This document shows, one piece after another, positions 19,413-31,658 of a DNA stretch of 64,000 nucleotides. Under the pieces are notes generated by a model. The model saw nothing but the letters and a program-made list of their open reading frames with translations, had not been told where the DNA came from and searched no databases. Source of the stretch: an uncultured Acidimicrobiaceae bacterium (lineage in GTDB: Bacteria; Actinomycetota; Acidimicrobiia; Acidimicrobiales; RAAP-2); contig CAVSAT010000004.1 of NCBI GenBank assembly GCA_963726005.1, positions 804,956 through 868,955 of the forward strand, read 5' to 3'. How positions within the stretch are numbered: position 1 is the first letter of the stretch; each line of letters starts with the position of its first letter. A program made the translations under genes and the position numbers.

Positions 19413-20561
19413 CTATTCGGCGGTGTAACCGTCCATGCGGGCCAGGATGCGCAGCATCACCTCGTCCGCGCCGGCGCCGATGGAGTCGAGCCGGGTGTCG
19501 CGGAAGTAGCGCGAGGGCCAGTTCTCGTCCATGTACCCCATGCCGCCGTGGAACTGGACCGCGTAGTCCGCCACCTCGCGTTGGAGGCGCGACCCGAGCA
19601 GCTTGCCGATGGTGGCCTGCCGCGTCACGTCCTCGCCCCGCACGACCGCGTCGGCGGTGGTGCGCGCGTAGTGCCGCAGCACGTCGTGGCGTGCCGACAG
19701 CTCCGCGAGGACGAACTGCAGATGCTGATTGGCCAGCAGCGGCGCGCCGAACGCACGGCGTTGGCGCAGGTAGGCCTTGGTGCGCTCGAGCGCCAGGTCG
19801 ATGGAGCCGACCTCCTTGTAGAAGGTCATCAGGCGCTCGGCCTGGAACTGCACCATTTGCTGGTGGAAGCCGCGTCCGATCTCCCCGATGGTGTTCGCCA
19901 CCGGGACACGCACGTCGGTGAACGACAACTCGGCGGTGTCGCTCGACCACATGCCCATCTTCTCGAGTTTGCGAGATACGGCCACGCCGGGCAGGGCCGT
20001 CGGGACGACGATGAGCGACATGCCCTGGTATCCGGGGTCGTCGGAGGTCCGGGCGAGCAGGCACAGCCAGTCGGCCTGGGTGCCGTTCGTGATGAAGAGC
20101 TTGGCGCCGTTGATGACCCATTCCTCGCCGTCGCGCACGGCCCGGGTCCGGATGCCGGCCACGTCACTGCCGGCGTCGGGCTCGGTGACGGCGATGGATG
20201 TCACGACCTCGCCTCGTATGGCCGGCGCGAGATAGCGCTCCTTCAAGTCGTGCGAGCCGTACCGTGCCAGCGCGGGCGTCGCCATGGCCATCTGGACCGC
20301 CATCGCCATCGGCACGCCACCGCAGCTGATGCGGCCCATCTCCTCGCCCGCGACGAGCGAATAGGTATGGTCCGCGCCCATGCCCCCGTATGCCTCGTCG
20401 TACTCGAGCCCGAAGATCCCGACTGCGGCCAGCTTGGGGAAGAGGTCGTGGGCGGGGAACGTGCGGGCCGCCTCCCACTCGTCGACGTGGGGCTCGATCT
20501 CCCGCTCGAAGAGGTCCCGGAGCGTCTTGCGGAACAACTGATGCTCGTCGGTCTCGATCAC
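19413..20561 (-). CDS. Acyl-CoA dehydrogenase (isovaleryl/citronellyl-CoA dehydrogenase-like)
   Basis: 382 aa. YGGMGADH, TEPDAGSD and GGMGYMDE blocks are present. Confidence 0.9.
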   Translation of the reverse strand: MIETDEHQLFRKTLRDLFEREIEPHVDEWEAARTFPAHDLFPKLAAVGIFGLEYDEAYGGMGADHTYSLVAGEEMGRISCGGVPMAMAVQMAMATPALARYGSHDLKERYLAPAIRGEVVTSIAVTEPDAGSDVAGIRTRAVRDGEEWVINGAKLFITNGTQADWLCLLARTSDDPGYQGMSLIVVPTALPGVAVSRKLEKMGMWSSDTAELSFTDVRVPVANTIGEIGRGFHQQMVQFQAERLMTFYKEVGSIDLALERTKAYLRQRRAFGAPLLANQHLQFVLAELSARHDVLRHYARTTADAVVRGEDVTRQATIGKLLGSRLQREVADYAVQFHGGMGYMDENWPSRYFRDTRLDSIGAGADEVMLRILARMDGYTAE

Positions 20562-20623
20562 CGGCGAACGATACCACCGGCCAATTTCGGCCCCTCAGTG
20601 GGACACCCCTACACTGCCCACCC

Positions 20624-21385
20624 GTGACGGATTCGTTGGTCGGCGTGCAGCACAGCGACGGCATCCGCACGGTGACGCTGGACTCGCCGCACAACCGCAA
20701 CGCCCTCTCCGCGCGCCTGCTCGAGCAGCTGGATGGGGCGTTGCGTGACGCGACGAGCGACCCGGACGTGCGGGCCATCGTGCTCACGGGATCGGGTCGG
20801 GTGTTCTGCTCCGGCGCCGATCTCAGCGAGCGCGGCGCGGCGGCGCCGAACCGCATGCCCGACATCCTCACCTGCCTGGTCGACAGTCCGGTCCCGGTCA
20901 TCGCCCGCGTGAACGGGCACGCCCGGGCCGGCGGCCTCGGCCTCGTGGCGGCGAGCGATCTCGCGGCGGCGCCGGAGTCGAGCACGTTCGCCTTCACCGA
21001 GGTCAGGGTCGGCGTCGCGCCGGCCATGATCCTCGTCCCGGCGCTGCGCGTGGTCGAGCGGCGCTTCCTCGCCCGCACCGCGCTCACCGGCGAGACCTTC
21101 AGTGCGCGGGAGGCGGCGGACGCAGGACTCCTCTCCGCGGTGGCCGAGGACACCTCCGCGCTCGATGCCTGGGTCGAGGTCCAGACCGAGGCGCTCCGCA
21201 AGTCGGCACCGGGAGCGGTGCGGGCCACCAAGGTGCTGCTGCGGGCGTTGCCCGCCCAGGAGTGGCCCGACGCTCTGGCCGCCGCGGCCGCGACGTCGGC
21301 GGAGCTCTTCGCCGGGGCCGAGGCCGCGGAGGGGATGGCGGCGTTCCTCCAGAAGCGCCGGCCCTCCTGGGACACGACGCCGTGA
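20624..21385 (+). CDS. Enoyl-CoA hydratase/isomerase (methylglutaconyl-CoA hydratase-like)
   Basis: GTG 20624. The crotonase blocks are VLTGSGRVFCSGADL and ARVNGHARAGGLGL. Confidence 0.85.
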   Translation: MTDSLVGVQHSDGIRTVTLDSPHNRNALSARLLEQLDGALRDATSDPDVRAIVLTGSGRVFCSGADLSERGAAAPNRMPDILTCLVDSPVPVIARVNGHARAGGLGLVAASDLAAAPESSTFAFTEVRVGVAPAMILVPALRVVERRFLARTALTGETFSAREAADAGLLSAVAEDTSALDAWVEVQTEALRKSAPGAVRATKVLLRALPAQEWPDALAAAAATSAELFAGAEAAEGMAAFLQKRRPSWDTTP

Positions 21386-22979
21386 GCACGCCGATCCGCT
21401 CGCGCCTCGCCACCGCCGGCGGGGAGTTCACGCAGAACGCGACCGCCATGCGGGCGCTGGCCGAGGAGGTGCACGCGCTGCACGAGCAGGTGCTGGGCGG
21501 GGGCGGGCCGCAGTACGTGGAGCGCCACCGGGCCCGCGGCAAGATGATGGTGCGCGAGCGCCTCGAGGCCGTCGTCGACCCGGGGACCCCCGTGCTCGAG
21601 CTGTGCCCGCTGGCCGGCCTGCACACGGGCGACCCGGTGGGCGGCGGTGTCGTCGTGGCGCTGGCCGAGGTGGCGCACACCCAGTGCCTGGTGATCGCCA
21701 ACGACCCGACGGTGCGCGGCGGGACGACGAGCCCCACCACGATCCGCAAGCTCCTGCGCGCCATGGACGTGGCTGATGTGAACCGCCTCCCGGTGCTGAT
21801 CCTGGTCGAGTCCGGAGGGGCCGACCTGCCGCGCCAGGCCGACGTCTTCGTCCCCGGGGGCGAGCAGTTCCGCCGCCTCACGCAGCTCTCGGCGAAGGGG
21901 ATCCCGACGATCTGCGTGGTGTTCGGCTCCTCCACTGCCGGCGGCGCCTACCTGCCGGGCATGAGCGACTACACGGTCATGGTCGAGGACCGGGCCCGTG
22001 TCTTCCTCGGTGGGCCACCGCTGGTCAAGATGGCCATCGGCGAGGAGGCCGACGAGGAAGAGCTGGGCGGGGCGCTCATGCACGCCCGCACGTCGGGCCT
22101 GTGCGACTACCTCGCGCGCGACGAGCCCGAGGCCATCCGCATCGCCCGGAGCATCGTGGCCCATCTGCACTGGACGCGGCTCGGCCCGGGCCCCGCCGGA
22201 CCCCCCGACGCGCCGCTCTATCCGGCCGAGGAGTTGCTCGGGATCGCATCGGTGGACGTGCGGGTGCCCTTCGACGTGCGTGAGATCCTCGCCCGCGTCC
22301 TCGACGGCTCCCGCTTCGAGGAATTCAAGGAGTTGTACGGGGCGCAGCTCGTGTGCGGCTGGGCGACGCTCGGCGGCTACCCCATCGGCGTCGTGGCCAA
22401 CAACGGCATCCTCTTCTCACCCGAGGCCCAGAAGGGCGCCCAATTCATCGAGCTGTGCAACCGGATCGACACGCCGATCCTCTTCGTGCAGAACATCACC
22501 GGGTTCATGGTGGGCACGCGCTACGAGCAGGGCGGGATCATCAAGGACGGCGCCAAGCTCATCAACGCCGTCTCGAACTCGACGGTGCCGCACGTGACCC
22601 TCATGGTCGGCGCCAGTTACGGGGCCGGGAACTACGCCATGGCGGGCCGGGCCTACGACCCCCGCTTCGTCTTCACCTGGCCCAACCACCGCATCGCCGT
22701 GATGGGACCCAAGCAGTTGGCGGGCGTCCTCTCCATCGTCAGGCGCAACGCGGCACAGGCCGCGGGCCGGCCGTTCGACGAGGCGGCCGACGAGGAGCTG
22801 CGTCAGGCCACCGAGAACCAGATCGAGGAGGAGTCGACCGCCCAGTACGCGACCGGGCGGTTGTGGGACGACGGCATCATCGACCCCCGCGACACGCGCA
22901 CCGTGCTCGCCGTTGCGCTCACCGCCACGCACTCGGCGCCCGTGCGCGGCACGGCGGCCTTCGGGGTGGTGCGGCACTG

Positions 22980-22980
<1 letters not shown>
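21382..22980 (+). CDS. Acyl-CoA carboxylase carboxyltransferase (beta) subunit (methylcrotonyl-/geranyl-CoA carboxylase type)
   Basis: The GTG at 21382 overlaps the hydratase stop. It is a full-length carboxyl-transferase sequence (VIANDPTVRGGT..., NITGFMVG...). Confidence 0.9.
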
Positions 22981-24955
<1,975 letters not shown>

Positions 24956-24959
<4 letters not shown>

Positions 24960-26749
24960 GCGCATCCGGCGGCGCGCCGGGGCTGCTGCGGATCGCCAAT
25001 TGCAGCGGGTTCTTCGGCGACCGCGCCTCCGCCGCCCGCGACATGGTCGAGGGTGGGCCGATCGACGTGCTGACCGGCGACTGGCTCGCCGAGCTGACCA
25101 TGTACATCCTGCACAAGACGCGTGAGCGCAGCGGCGGCTACGCGCGCACGTTCCTGCGCGAGCTCGAAGACGTGCTGCCGACCTGCGTCGAGCGGGGCAT
25201 CACCGTGGTCTCCAACGCGGGCGGCCTCCATCCCGAGGGCCTGGCGGCGGCCGTGCGGGAGCTGGCCCGCCGCCAGGGGGTCGAGGTGTCCATCGCCTCC
25301 GTGTCGGGGGACGACCTCATGCCGAGATTGGACGAGCTGCGCGCCGCCGGCGAGGCGTTCGTCAACCTCGACACCGGCGAACCCCTCCCCGTCGACTCGG
25401 ACGTCGTGACGGCCAACGCGTACCTGCGGGCCCGCCCGATCGCCGATGCGCTGGCCGCCGGAGCACAGGTGGTCGTGACGGGCCGGGTCACCGACGCCGC
25501 CCTCGTCGTCGGCCCGTCACTGCACACCTTCGGATGGGCCGACACCGACCTCGACGCCATCGCCGGTGCCGTCGTGGCCGGCCATGTGATCGAGTGCGGC
25601 GCCCAGTGCTGCGGCGGCAACTACGCCTTCTTCGAGGAGATGCCCCATCGAGAACGGATCGGCTTTCCCATCGCGGAGATGCACGGGGACGGCTCGGCGG
25701 TGATCACCAAGCATCCGGGGACAGGTGGCGCCGTGACGATCGGGACGGTCACCGCCCAGCTGCTCTACGAGATCGGGAGCGGGCGCTACCTCAGCCCGGA
25801 CGCCGTGGCCCGCTTCGACACCATCGAGCTCGCACAGGCCGGGCCGGACCGGGTGCGGATCAGTGGAGTGCGCGGGGAGGCGCCGCCGCCCACCTTGAAG
25901 GTAACGGCCAATCTCGAAGCGGGTTGGCGCAATTCCATGACGCTCGCGCTGACCGGCGCGCAGGTGGCGGACAAGGCCCGGTTCGCCGCCGACGCCGTGT
26001 GGGCCGGCGTCGGGGGCGGCCGCCGCGCCTTCGCCGAGTCGGACGAGCAGCTCACGGGCGACCTCACCGGTGGCGGCCTGGCCTACCTGCGCCTTGCGGT
26101 GCGCGACGACGACGAGGGCGCGGTCGGTCGCGCCTTCTCGGGCGCCGTGGTCGAGACCAGCCTCTCGAGCTACCCGGGCACGTTCTTCACCTCCGCGCCG
26201 TCGGGGGCACAGGGCGTGGCCCGCTACTGGCCGACCTTGGTCAGCGCCGCGGCCGTCGCGCCCCACATCGAGTGCGACGGGACCGTCGTCCCCGCCTCGC
26301 CCCCGACCGTCGCCCCCGGCACGCACGCGCCGTCTGCCGTCGCGACCGTCCCCCTCGACGGGCCAGCGACGCTGGTGGCGGACCTCGTCCGGGTGCCCCT
26401 GTGGGTCCTCGTCGGGGCACGGTCGGGGGACAAGGGGGGCGACGCCAACGTGGGCGTGTGGGCCGACGAGGACGAGGTCGCCGACTGGCTCCAGCGTGCG
26501 TTCACGACCGACGTGCTCAACGCGCTGCTGCCCGAGGTCCAGCCCTTTGCGGTCAGCCGGTACCCGCTCCCGAACCTGCGAGCGGTCAACTTCGTCGTGC
26601 ACGGGATCCTCGGTTGGGGCGTGGCGTCGAGCCTGCGCCTGGACACGCAGGCGAAAGGTCTCGGTGAGCTGCTGCGCTCCCGCCTCATCGAGGTGCCGGC
26701 CTCCCTCGTGTCGAGCGGGGCGCCGGCGGCGAGGCTCGCCTCCGCCTGA
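24956..26749 (+). CDS. AtuA-like acyclic terpene utilisation protein (DUF1446 with DUF4387-like C-terminal part)
   Basis: GTG 24956 overlaps the upstream stop. Contains IANCSGFFGDR...DVLTGDWLAELTM...VIECGAQCCGGNY. The C-terminal block is GARSGDKGGDANVGVW. Confidence 0.75.
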
Positions 26750-26764
26750 CCCACGACCGTCCGC

Positions 26765-27970
26765 TTGACCGGCGGCCGGCGCCCGGGCATCTGGCAGGAT
26801 GGCGCCGTGGAGTTCGCCCGCTTGGTCGCGCTCGTCGCGGGCATCGCCATCGTCGTGCTCACGGTCTGGAGCGTCTTCACCTCGCTGGTGGTCCCGCGCG
26901 CCACGTCCTCGCGGCTCTTGGGCATCCCGGCTCGCATCCTGAGTGCGTTGGCACGCCACATCATGCCGCGCCTCTCGAACTTCGAGTCACGGGACCGCAT
27001 GCTCTCGTTGGTCGGTCCCGCCGCCGTCGTGTCGCTCTTCATCCTGTGGCTGTTTCTGATCCTGCTCAGCCTCGCGCTGGTCATCTGGTGGAACAGCGGT
27101 GTCGATTTCCCCGACGCGCTGGGCATCTCCGGCTCCTCGCTGTTCACGCTGGGCGCCGTGACGGCGCCCGGGGCCGGCCCGCGCATCCTCGAGATCGTTG
27201 CCGCCGGCCTCGGTTTCGGGGTGATCGCGCTGGAAATCGCCTACCTGCCCGCGCTGTACGGCGCGTTCGCCACCCGCGAGACGGAGGTGACGCTGCTCGC
27301 TGCCCGCGGGGGGACGCCGGCCTGGGGGCCCGAGATCCTCGCCCGCCACTTCTGGCTGGACACGATGGACGAGCTCCCTCCGCTCTACTCGGACTGGGAG
27401 CGCTGGGCCTCGGCCGTGTCGGAGAGCCACGCCAACTACCCCGGGCTGGTGTGGTTCCGCTCGCCGGTCTCGACGCGCAGTTGGCTCGTCGCGCTTGTCG
27501 CCATGATGGACTCCGCGGCCCTGTACCACTCCGTCAGCCCGGGGCGCACGCCGCGCCAGGCCCGGCTCTGCCTCTCCATGGGGATCAGGTGCATGCGGTC
27601 CATGGCGAGTGCGTTGCGCATCCCCTACGAGACCGATCCGCTCCCCACGTCGGCCATCCGGCTCAGCAGGGCGGAATTCGAAGACGGCTTTCGTCGGCTG
27701 GAGGAGGTCCACTTCCCCATGGAGCGCGAACTTGACGAGTCGTGGCGGAACTTCCAGGGCTGGCGGATCAACTACGAGCCGATCGTCGACGCGCTGACAC
27801 GCCTCATCGCGCCGCCACCCGCTCCGTGGTTCGTGGACCGTCCCGAACTCGGCGAAGCGGAGTGGCCCATCGTCATCAACCGCACCCCCGACGAGCCGGA
27901 GGGGGCTCAGGGGTTCGGCGTGAGCAGTATCTTCAAGACACCGTCGGCTCGGGAGTCGAACAACTCGTAG
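26765..27970 (+). CDS. Hypothetical membrane protein (3-4 N-terminal TM helices plus soluble domain)
   Basis: 401-aa ORF with clear hydrophobic helices and balanced composition. I recognised no family. An alternative start is GTG 26807. Confidence 0.55.
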   Translation: MTGGRRPGIWQDGAVEFARLVALVAGIAIVVLTVWSVFTSLVVPRATSSRLLGIPARILSALARHIMPRLSNFESRDRMLSLVGPAAVVSLFILWLFLILLSLALVIWWNSGVDFPDALGISGSSLFTLGAVTAPGAGPRILEIVAAGLGFGVIALEIAYLPALYGAFATRETEVTLLAARGGTPAWGPEILARHFWLDTMDELPPLYSDWERWASAVSESHANYPGLVWFRSPVSTRSWLVALVAMMDSAALYHSVSPGRTPRQARLCLSMGIRCMRSMASALRIPYETDPLPTSAIRLSRAEFEDGFRRLEEVHFPMERELDESWRNFQGWRINYEPIVDALTRLIAPPPAPWFVDRPELGEAEWPIVINRTPDEPEGAQGFGVSSIFKTPSARESNNS

Positions 27971-28950
27971 GCCTTTGCCGCCTCGTCCAACCCCATCCGG
28001 TGGGTGAAGGTGTCCGTCAGGGCGAGGCGCCCCGACTGCACCAACGGGACGAGGTCGGGCCAGGTCCCCGGAACGGGCGCAAAGACCGCCCGCACCGTCA
28101 GGCTCTTCAAGAGGACCAGGGCCATCGGGATGGGGAGGCCCATGGAGAGGTTGACGCCGACGATCGACACGGTGCCCCCGCTGGCGGCGCAGGACAGCGC
28201 GTCCACGATGGTGGCGTCGGCCCCCACGGCCTCGATGATCGACTCGGCCCCCCGCCCGCCGGTTGCCTCGAGTACCTGCGCCGACCCTGGTGCGGTCCGG
28301 GCGTCGATGGGCTCGGCCCCGAGCCGCTCGGCGCGGGCCAGGCGTTCGGGCACCACGTCCACCGCCAGGATCCGTCCGGGGCCGAAGAGCGACGCGCACT
28401 GCAGCGCCATGATGCCGACGGGCCCGAGGCCCACCACGACGACGGTCGCTCCGGGCCGGATGTCGGCGCGCTGCGCTCCCAGGTAGCCGGTCGGGAGGAT
28501 GTCGGTCAGCAGGACCGCCTCCTCGTCGGCGACACCCTCGGGAACGGCGAGCGCGAAGAGGTCGGCGAACGGGACCGCCATGGCCTCGGCCTGCCCACCA
28601 GGGAGGTCGGGCACGGTGCCGAAGGCGGCCGCCTTGTCGTTGCGGCACACGTTCGGCCGCCCGGCCAGGCACGGACGGCAGATGCCGCACCCGATGACGC
28701 CCGACACGAGCACGCGATCGCCCACCTTGAGCGTGCGTACCTGCGGGCCCGCGTCGACGACCGTCCCGATGGCCTCGTGGCCGAGCCGGATCCCGCTTCC
28801 GGTGGGTGCGTCGTGGTACAGGTGCAGATCGGAACCACAGATCGCGGTGCGCTCCACCGCGACGATGACGCCCTCGGGCCCGGGGAGCACGGGGTCGGGG
28901 ACGTCGTGGACGCTGACCGCCCGCGGTCCATCGAGGACGGCTGCTCGCAT
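27907..28950 (-). CDS. Zinc-dependent alcohol dehydrogenase (MDR family)
   Basis: Contains ICGSDLHLY, GHEAIG and the GCGxCxxC block (GCGICRPC), plus a Rossmann VVVVGLGPVG. Confidence 0.9.
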   Translation of the reverse strand: MRAAVLDGPRAVSVHDVPDPVLPGPEGVIVAVERTAICGSDLHLYHDAPTGSGIRLGHEAIGTVVDAGPQVRTLKVGDRVLVSGVIGCGICRPCLAGRPNVCRNDKAAAFGTVPDLPGGQAEAMAVPFADLFALAVPEGVADEEAVLLTDILPTGYLGAQRADIRPGATVVVVGLGPVGIMALQCASLFGPGRILAVDVVPERLARAERLGAEPIDARTAPGSAQVLEATGGRGAESIIEAVGADATIVDALSCAASGGTVSIVGVNLSMGLPIPMALVLLKSLTVRAVFAPVPGTWPDLVPLVQSGRLALTDTFTHRMGLDEAAKAYELFDSRADGVLKILLTPNP

Positions 28951-29013
28951 TCTCGAACGCTACCGCGCGGACTAGACTGCTCGGGCGATTTTCCAGCCGT
29001 ACGACCGCACGTC

Positions 29014-29313
29014 ATGCCGCAGATCCTCGAACCCATCACCACCGACGTTGTTGACGAGGACATCGATGCCTTCTTCGCGCTCGAGGACCTCTGGGCCGTC
29101 ATCGTCTGGAACGACGACGTCACGACCTTCCAGACGGTGATCCTGGCCTTCGTCGAGATCTTCGGTCACACGGTCGAGCGGGCGGATCAGCTGGCCTGGA
29201 AGATCCACAACACCGGCAAGGCCGTGGCCGCGGTGCGACCAAAGGACGAAGCGGAGGCGGCGGTGTACGCACTGCACCGGCGCGGCATCTCGGCCACGCT
29301 CGCGCGCGCCTGA
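29014..29313 (+). CDS. clpS: ATP-dependent Clp protease adaptor ClpS
   Basis: 99 aa. WAVIVWNDDVTTFQTVILAFVEIFGH...AWKIHNTGKAVV matches ClpS. Confidence 0.85.
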   Translation: MPQILEPITTDVVDEDIDAFFALEDLWAVIVWNDDVTTFQTVILAFVEIFGHTVERADQLAWKIHNTGKAVAAVRPKDEAEAAVYALHRRGISATLARA

Positions 29314-29461
29314 GCGAGGACGGACCGCCCGTCCGAACGCGCCCTACCGGCCGGCGCGGCGATCGAGCGCCGCGGTGAGCCGCGCCTTCACGGCGGGCCA
29401 CTCGGCCGCCACGATGGAGAAGCGGGCGGACGTGCGCACCGTGTCGTCGGAGCCGGGCCGG

Positions 29462-30013
29462 TCAGCCGCGCATGATGCCGTCGAGTTGGCCCCCGATCCG
29501 TTCGATCGCCGCCCACGAGCGCTCGTTGCGCACGTCGGTCTGCAGCCCCACCCGGTGGACCCGCCACACCTCGAAGGCGTGCGCGAGCATCACCAGCTTG
29601 GCTTCGGTGTTGACCGGAGTGCGCTGCGCCGAACCCGCCAGCCAGGTGAAACCGATGTCGACGACATCGGGCACTCCGTCGCGCTGGTGGCTCGCGCCCG
29701 GCGGCCATTGCCAGCAGAAGATCTCGCAGAACCGGGTGGCACCCACGACGCGGTCGTCTTCGCCGGGTCCGGCTGCCTTGCGGACCGTGGCGAAGGCGAC
29801 GTGCGCCCCCGAGGCCGTCTTGGCGATCGCGTCGCGCACGTAGTCGGTCATCTGCTCCAGCCCGTCGGGCGTGTACGTCCATCGGTACTGGCTGCGATCC
29901 TCGGCCGCCGCCTCGACGAGAGACGGGATGTGCGCCTCGCTCAGCGGTTCGAGCCGGACGTGGTTCCCCTCGAGCAGAAGCGGCTCAGGCACGCGCGGCG
30001 GGCACGCCGGCAT
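29462..30013 (-). CDS. GNAT N-acetyltransferase (RimJ/RimL-like)
   Basis: ATG at 30013. The EGNHVRLEPLSEAHIPSL and NERSWAAIERIG blocks are present. The upstream part of track ORF 29462..31345 is shadow sequence. Confidence 0.8.
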   Translation of the reverse strand: MPACPPRVPEPLLLEGNHVRLEPLSEAHIPSLVEAAAEDRSQYRWTYTPDGLEQMTDYVRDAIAKTASGAHVAFATVRKAAGPGEDDRVVGATRFCEIFCWQWPPGASHQRDGVPDVVDIGFTWLAGSAQRTPVNTEAKLVMLAHAFEVWRVHRVGLQTDVRNERSWAAIERIGGQLDGIMRG

Positions 30014-31614
30014 CCTCGGGAGCAGGCGGTCCGGTCTCGGTGCCGCGTGGCGGGCCACCAGGGTCCGCGCGCGCCTTCCGACGCGGTCGGGATCACGAAA
30101 TCGCGCTGCCGGACCAGAGCGAAGGCGCACACTGCGCCGACGAACGCGACGATCGCCCCGATGTCCATGAGGTGGTTCAGCGTCGTGGAGAAGCCCACCC
30201 GGTACGCGCCGAGCAGCGCCGCCCGGGCCGCCGGCGCCTGGATCGCAGAGGCCAGCTGGTGCACCTGGCCGGCGGACATGGCCCCCTGGAGCTGCGCGCC
30301 GCCGTGGCGGAGCACCGCGAGCCCGACGTCGGTCTTTCTCAAGGCGGCGGAGGTGTGGGCCACGATCTGGCTCTGGAACACGGCCCCCAGCACCGCGATG
30401 CCGGTGGCGATGCCCACCTGCCGGAACGTGTTGTTGGCGCCCGACGCCATGCCGCTGCGCTGGGGCTGGACGACAGAGACCGCACCTGATGCCAGGACCG
30501 GGTTCACGGTGCCGGCCCCGAACCCGGCCAGGATGAACCCGGGCAGCAACACGGTCCAGCCCGACGTCGGATGTGTCGTCCCCATGGCGAGGAGCGCACC
30601 GGTGACGATGAGCATCCCGACGCCAAGCAGATAGCGCGACTTCACGCGCACGGTCAACCGCCCGGCGAAGAAGGACCAGAAGAAGATGACAAGAGTCTGC
30701 GGGAGAAAACGGAGGCCGGCGGCGAACGGGCCGTAGCCCAGGTCGTCCTGGATGTAGAGGGTCAGGTACAAGAACATCGCGAAGATGGAGGAGGCGAGGG
30801 CGAACGCCACCACGGAGAGGCCCACGAAGGCGGGGATCTTGAACAGGCCGAGGTCCAGCATGGGATCGGCCGTGTGGAGCTCGTTGATGAAGAACGCCAC
30901 CATGAGGGCGGCGGACCCAGCCAGCAGGCCCACGATGGTCGCACTGCTCCAACCGAGGTCGTTGCCCCGCACGAGCGCGAACACGAGGGCGAACAGGCTG
31001 GCCGAGAACGTGACGAATCCGATCCAGTCGATGCTGCGCTCGCTGGTGTCCTTGGACTCGGCGATCTTGGCGATGGTGATGATGACCGCGACCACCCCGA
31101 TGGGCACGTTGACGAAGAAGATCCAGCGCCACCCGATGCCGCTCGTGATGGCGCCGCCGATAAGGGGCCCGATCGCCACCGCGCCGCCGATCACCGCGCC
31201 GTAGAGGCCGAAGGCGGTTCCGCGATCCCGGCCCACGAACGCCGAAGCGATGAGGGCGAGCGACGTGGCGAACATGATCGCGCCGCCGACGCCCTGGACG
31301 GCCCGGGCCAGGTTGAGCATGAGTGGCGTCGTCGAGAGACCGCACACCAGCGACGCGAGCGAGAAGACCACGAGCCCGACGGCGAACACCTCCCGGCGGC
31401 CGTAGATGTCACCCAGCACGCCCGCCGTGAGGAGGAACGCCGCCAACGTCAGTGAGTAGGCGTCGACGACCCACTGCAGGTCGGAGAAGTTCGAGTGCAG
31501 GGACCGCTGGATGTCGGGCAGCGCGACGTTGACGACCGTGATGTCGAGCAGGAGCATGAACACCGCGGTGCAGACCGCGATCAGCGTCCACCATTTGCGG
31601 TCGAGAGCGGGCAT
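29941..31614 (-). CDS. MFS transporter, DHA2 (EmrB/QacA, 14-TMS) family
   Basis: Begins WWTLIAVCTAVFMLLLDITVVNVALP and has LGDIYGRR and 14 hydrophobic segments. The last 50 or so residues are Arg/Cys-rich and overlap the GNAT start. Confidence 0.9.
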   Translation of the reverse strand: MPALDRKWWTLIAVCTAVFMLLLDITVVNVALPDIQRSLHSNFSDLQWVVDAYSLTLAAFLLTAGVLGDIYGRREVFAVGLVVFSLASLVCGLSTTPLMLNLARAVQGVGGAIMFATSLALIASAFVGRDRGTAFGLYGAVIGGAVAIGPLIGGAITSGIGWRWIFFVNVPIGVVAVIITIAKIAESKDTSERSIDWIGFVTFSASLFALVFALVRGNDLGWSSATIVGLLAGSAALMVAFFINELHTADPMLDLGLFKIPAFVGLSVVAFALASSIFAMFLYLTLYIQDDLGYGPFAAGLRFLPQTLVIFFWSFFAGRLTVRVKSRYLLGVGMLIVTGALLAMGTTHPTSGWTVLLPGFILAGFGAGTVNPVLASGAVSVVQPQRSGMASGANNTFRQVGIATGIAVLGAVFQSQIVAHTSAALRKTDVGLAVLRHGGAQLQGAMSAGQVHQLASAIQAPAARAALLGAYRVGFSTTLNHLMDIGAIVAFVGAVCAFALVRQRDFVIPTASEGARGPWWPATRHRDRTACSRGCRRARRACLSRFCSRGTTSGSNR

Positions 31615-31658
31615 TCGCGGAGTGTACAGACAAGAGCTGGCCGCTCGTACAATGTGCC

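Noticed and set aside
27907-27970. A 64-nt convergent overlap of the membrane-protein and alcohol dehydrogenase 3' ends, considered as a sign of mis-assembly or antisense regulation.
   Set aside because: Both C-termini read as ordinary protein sequence. Convergent overlaps of this size occur in compact GC-rich genomes, and nothing else supports an anomaly.
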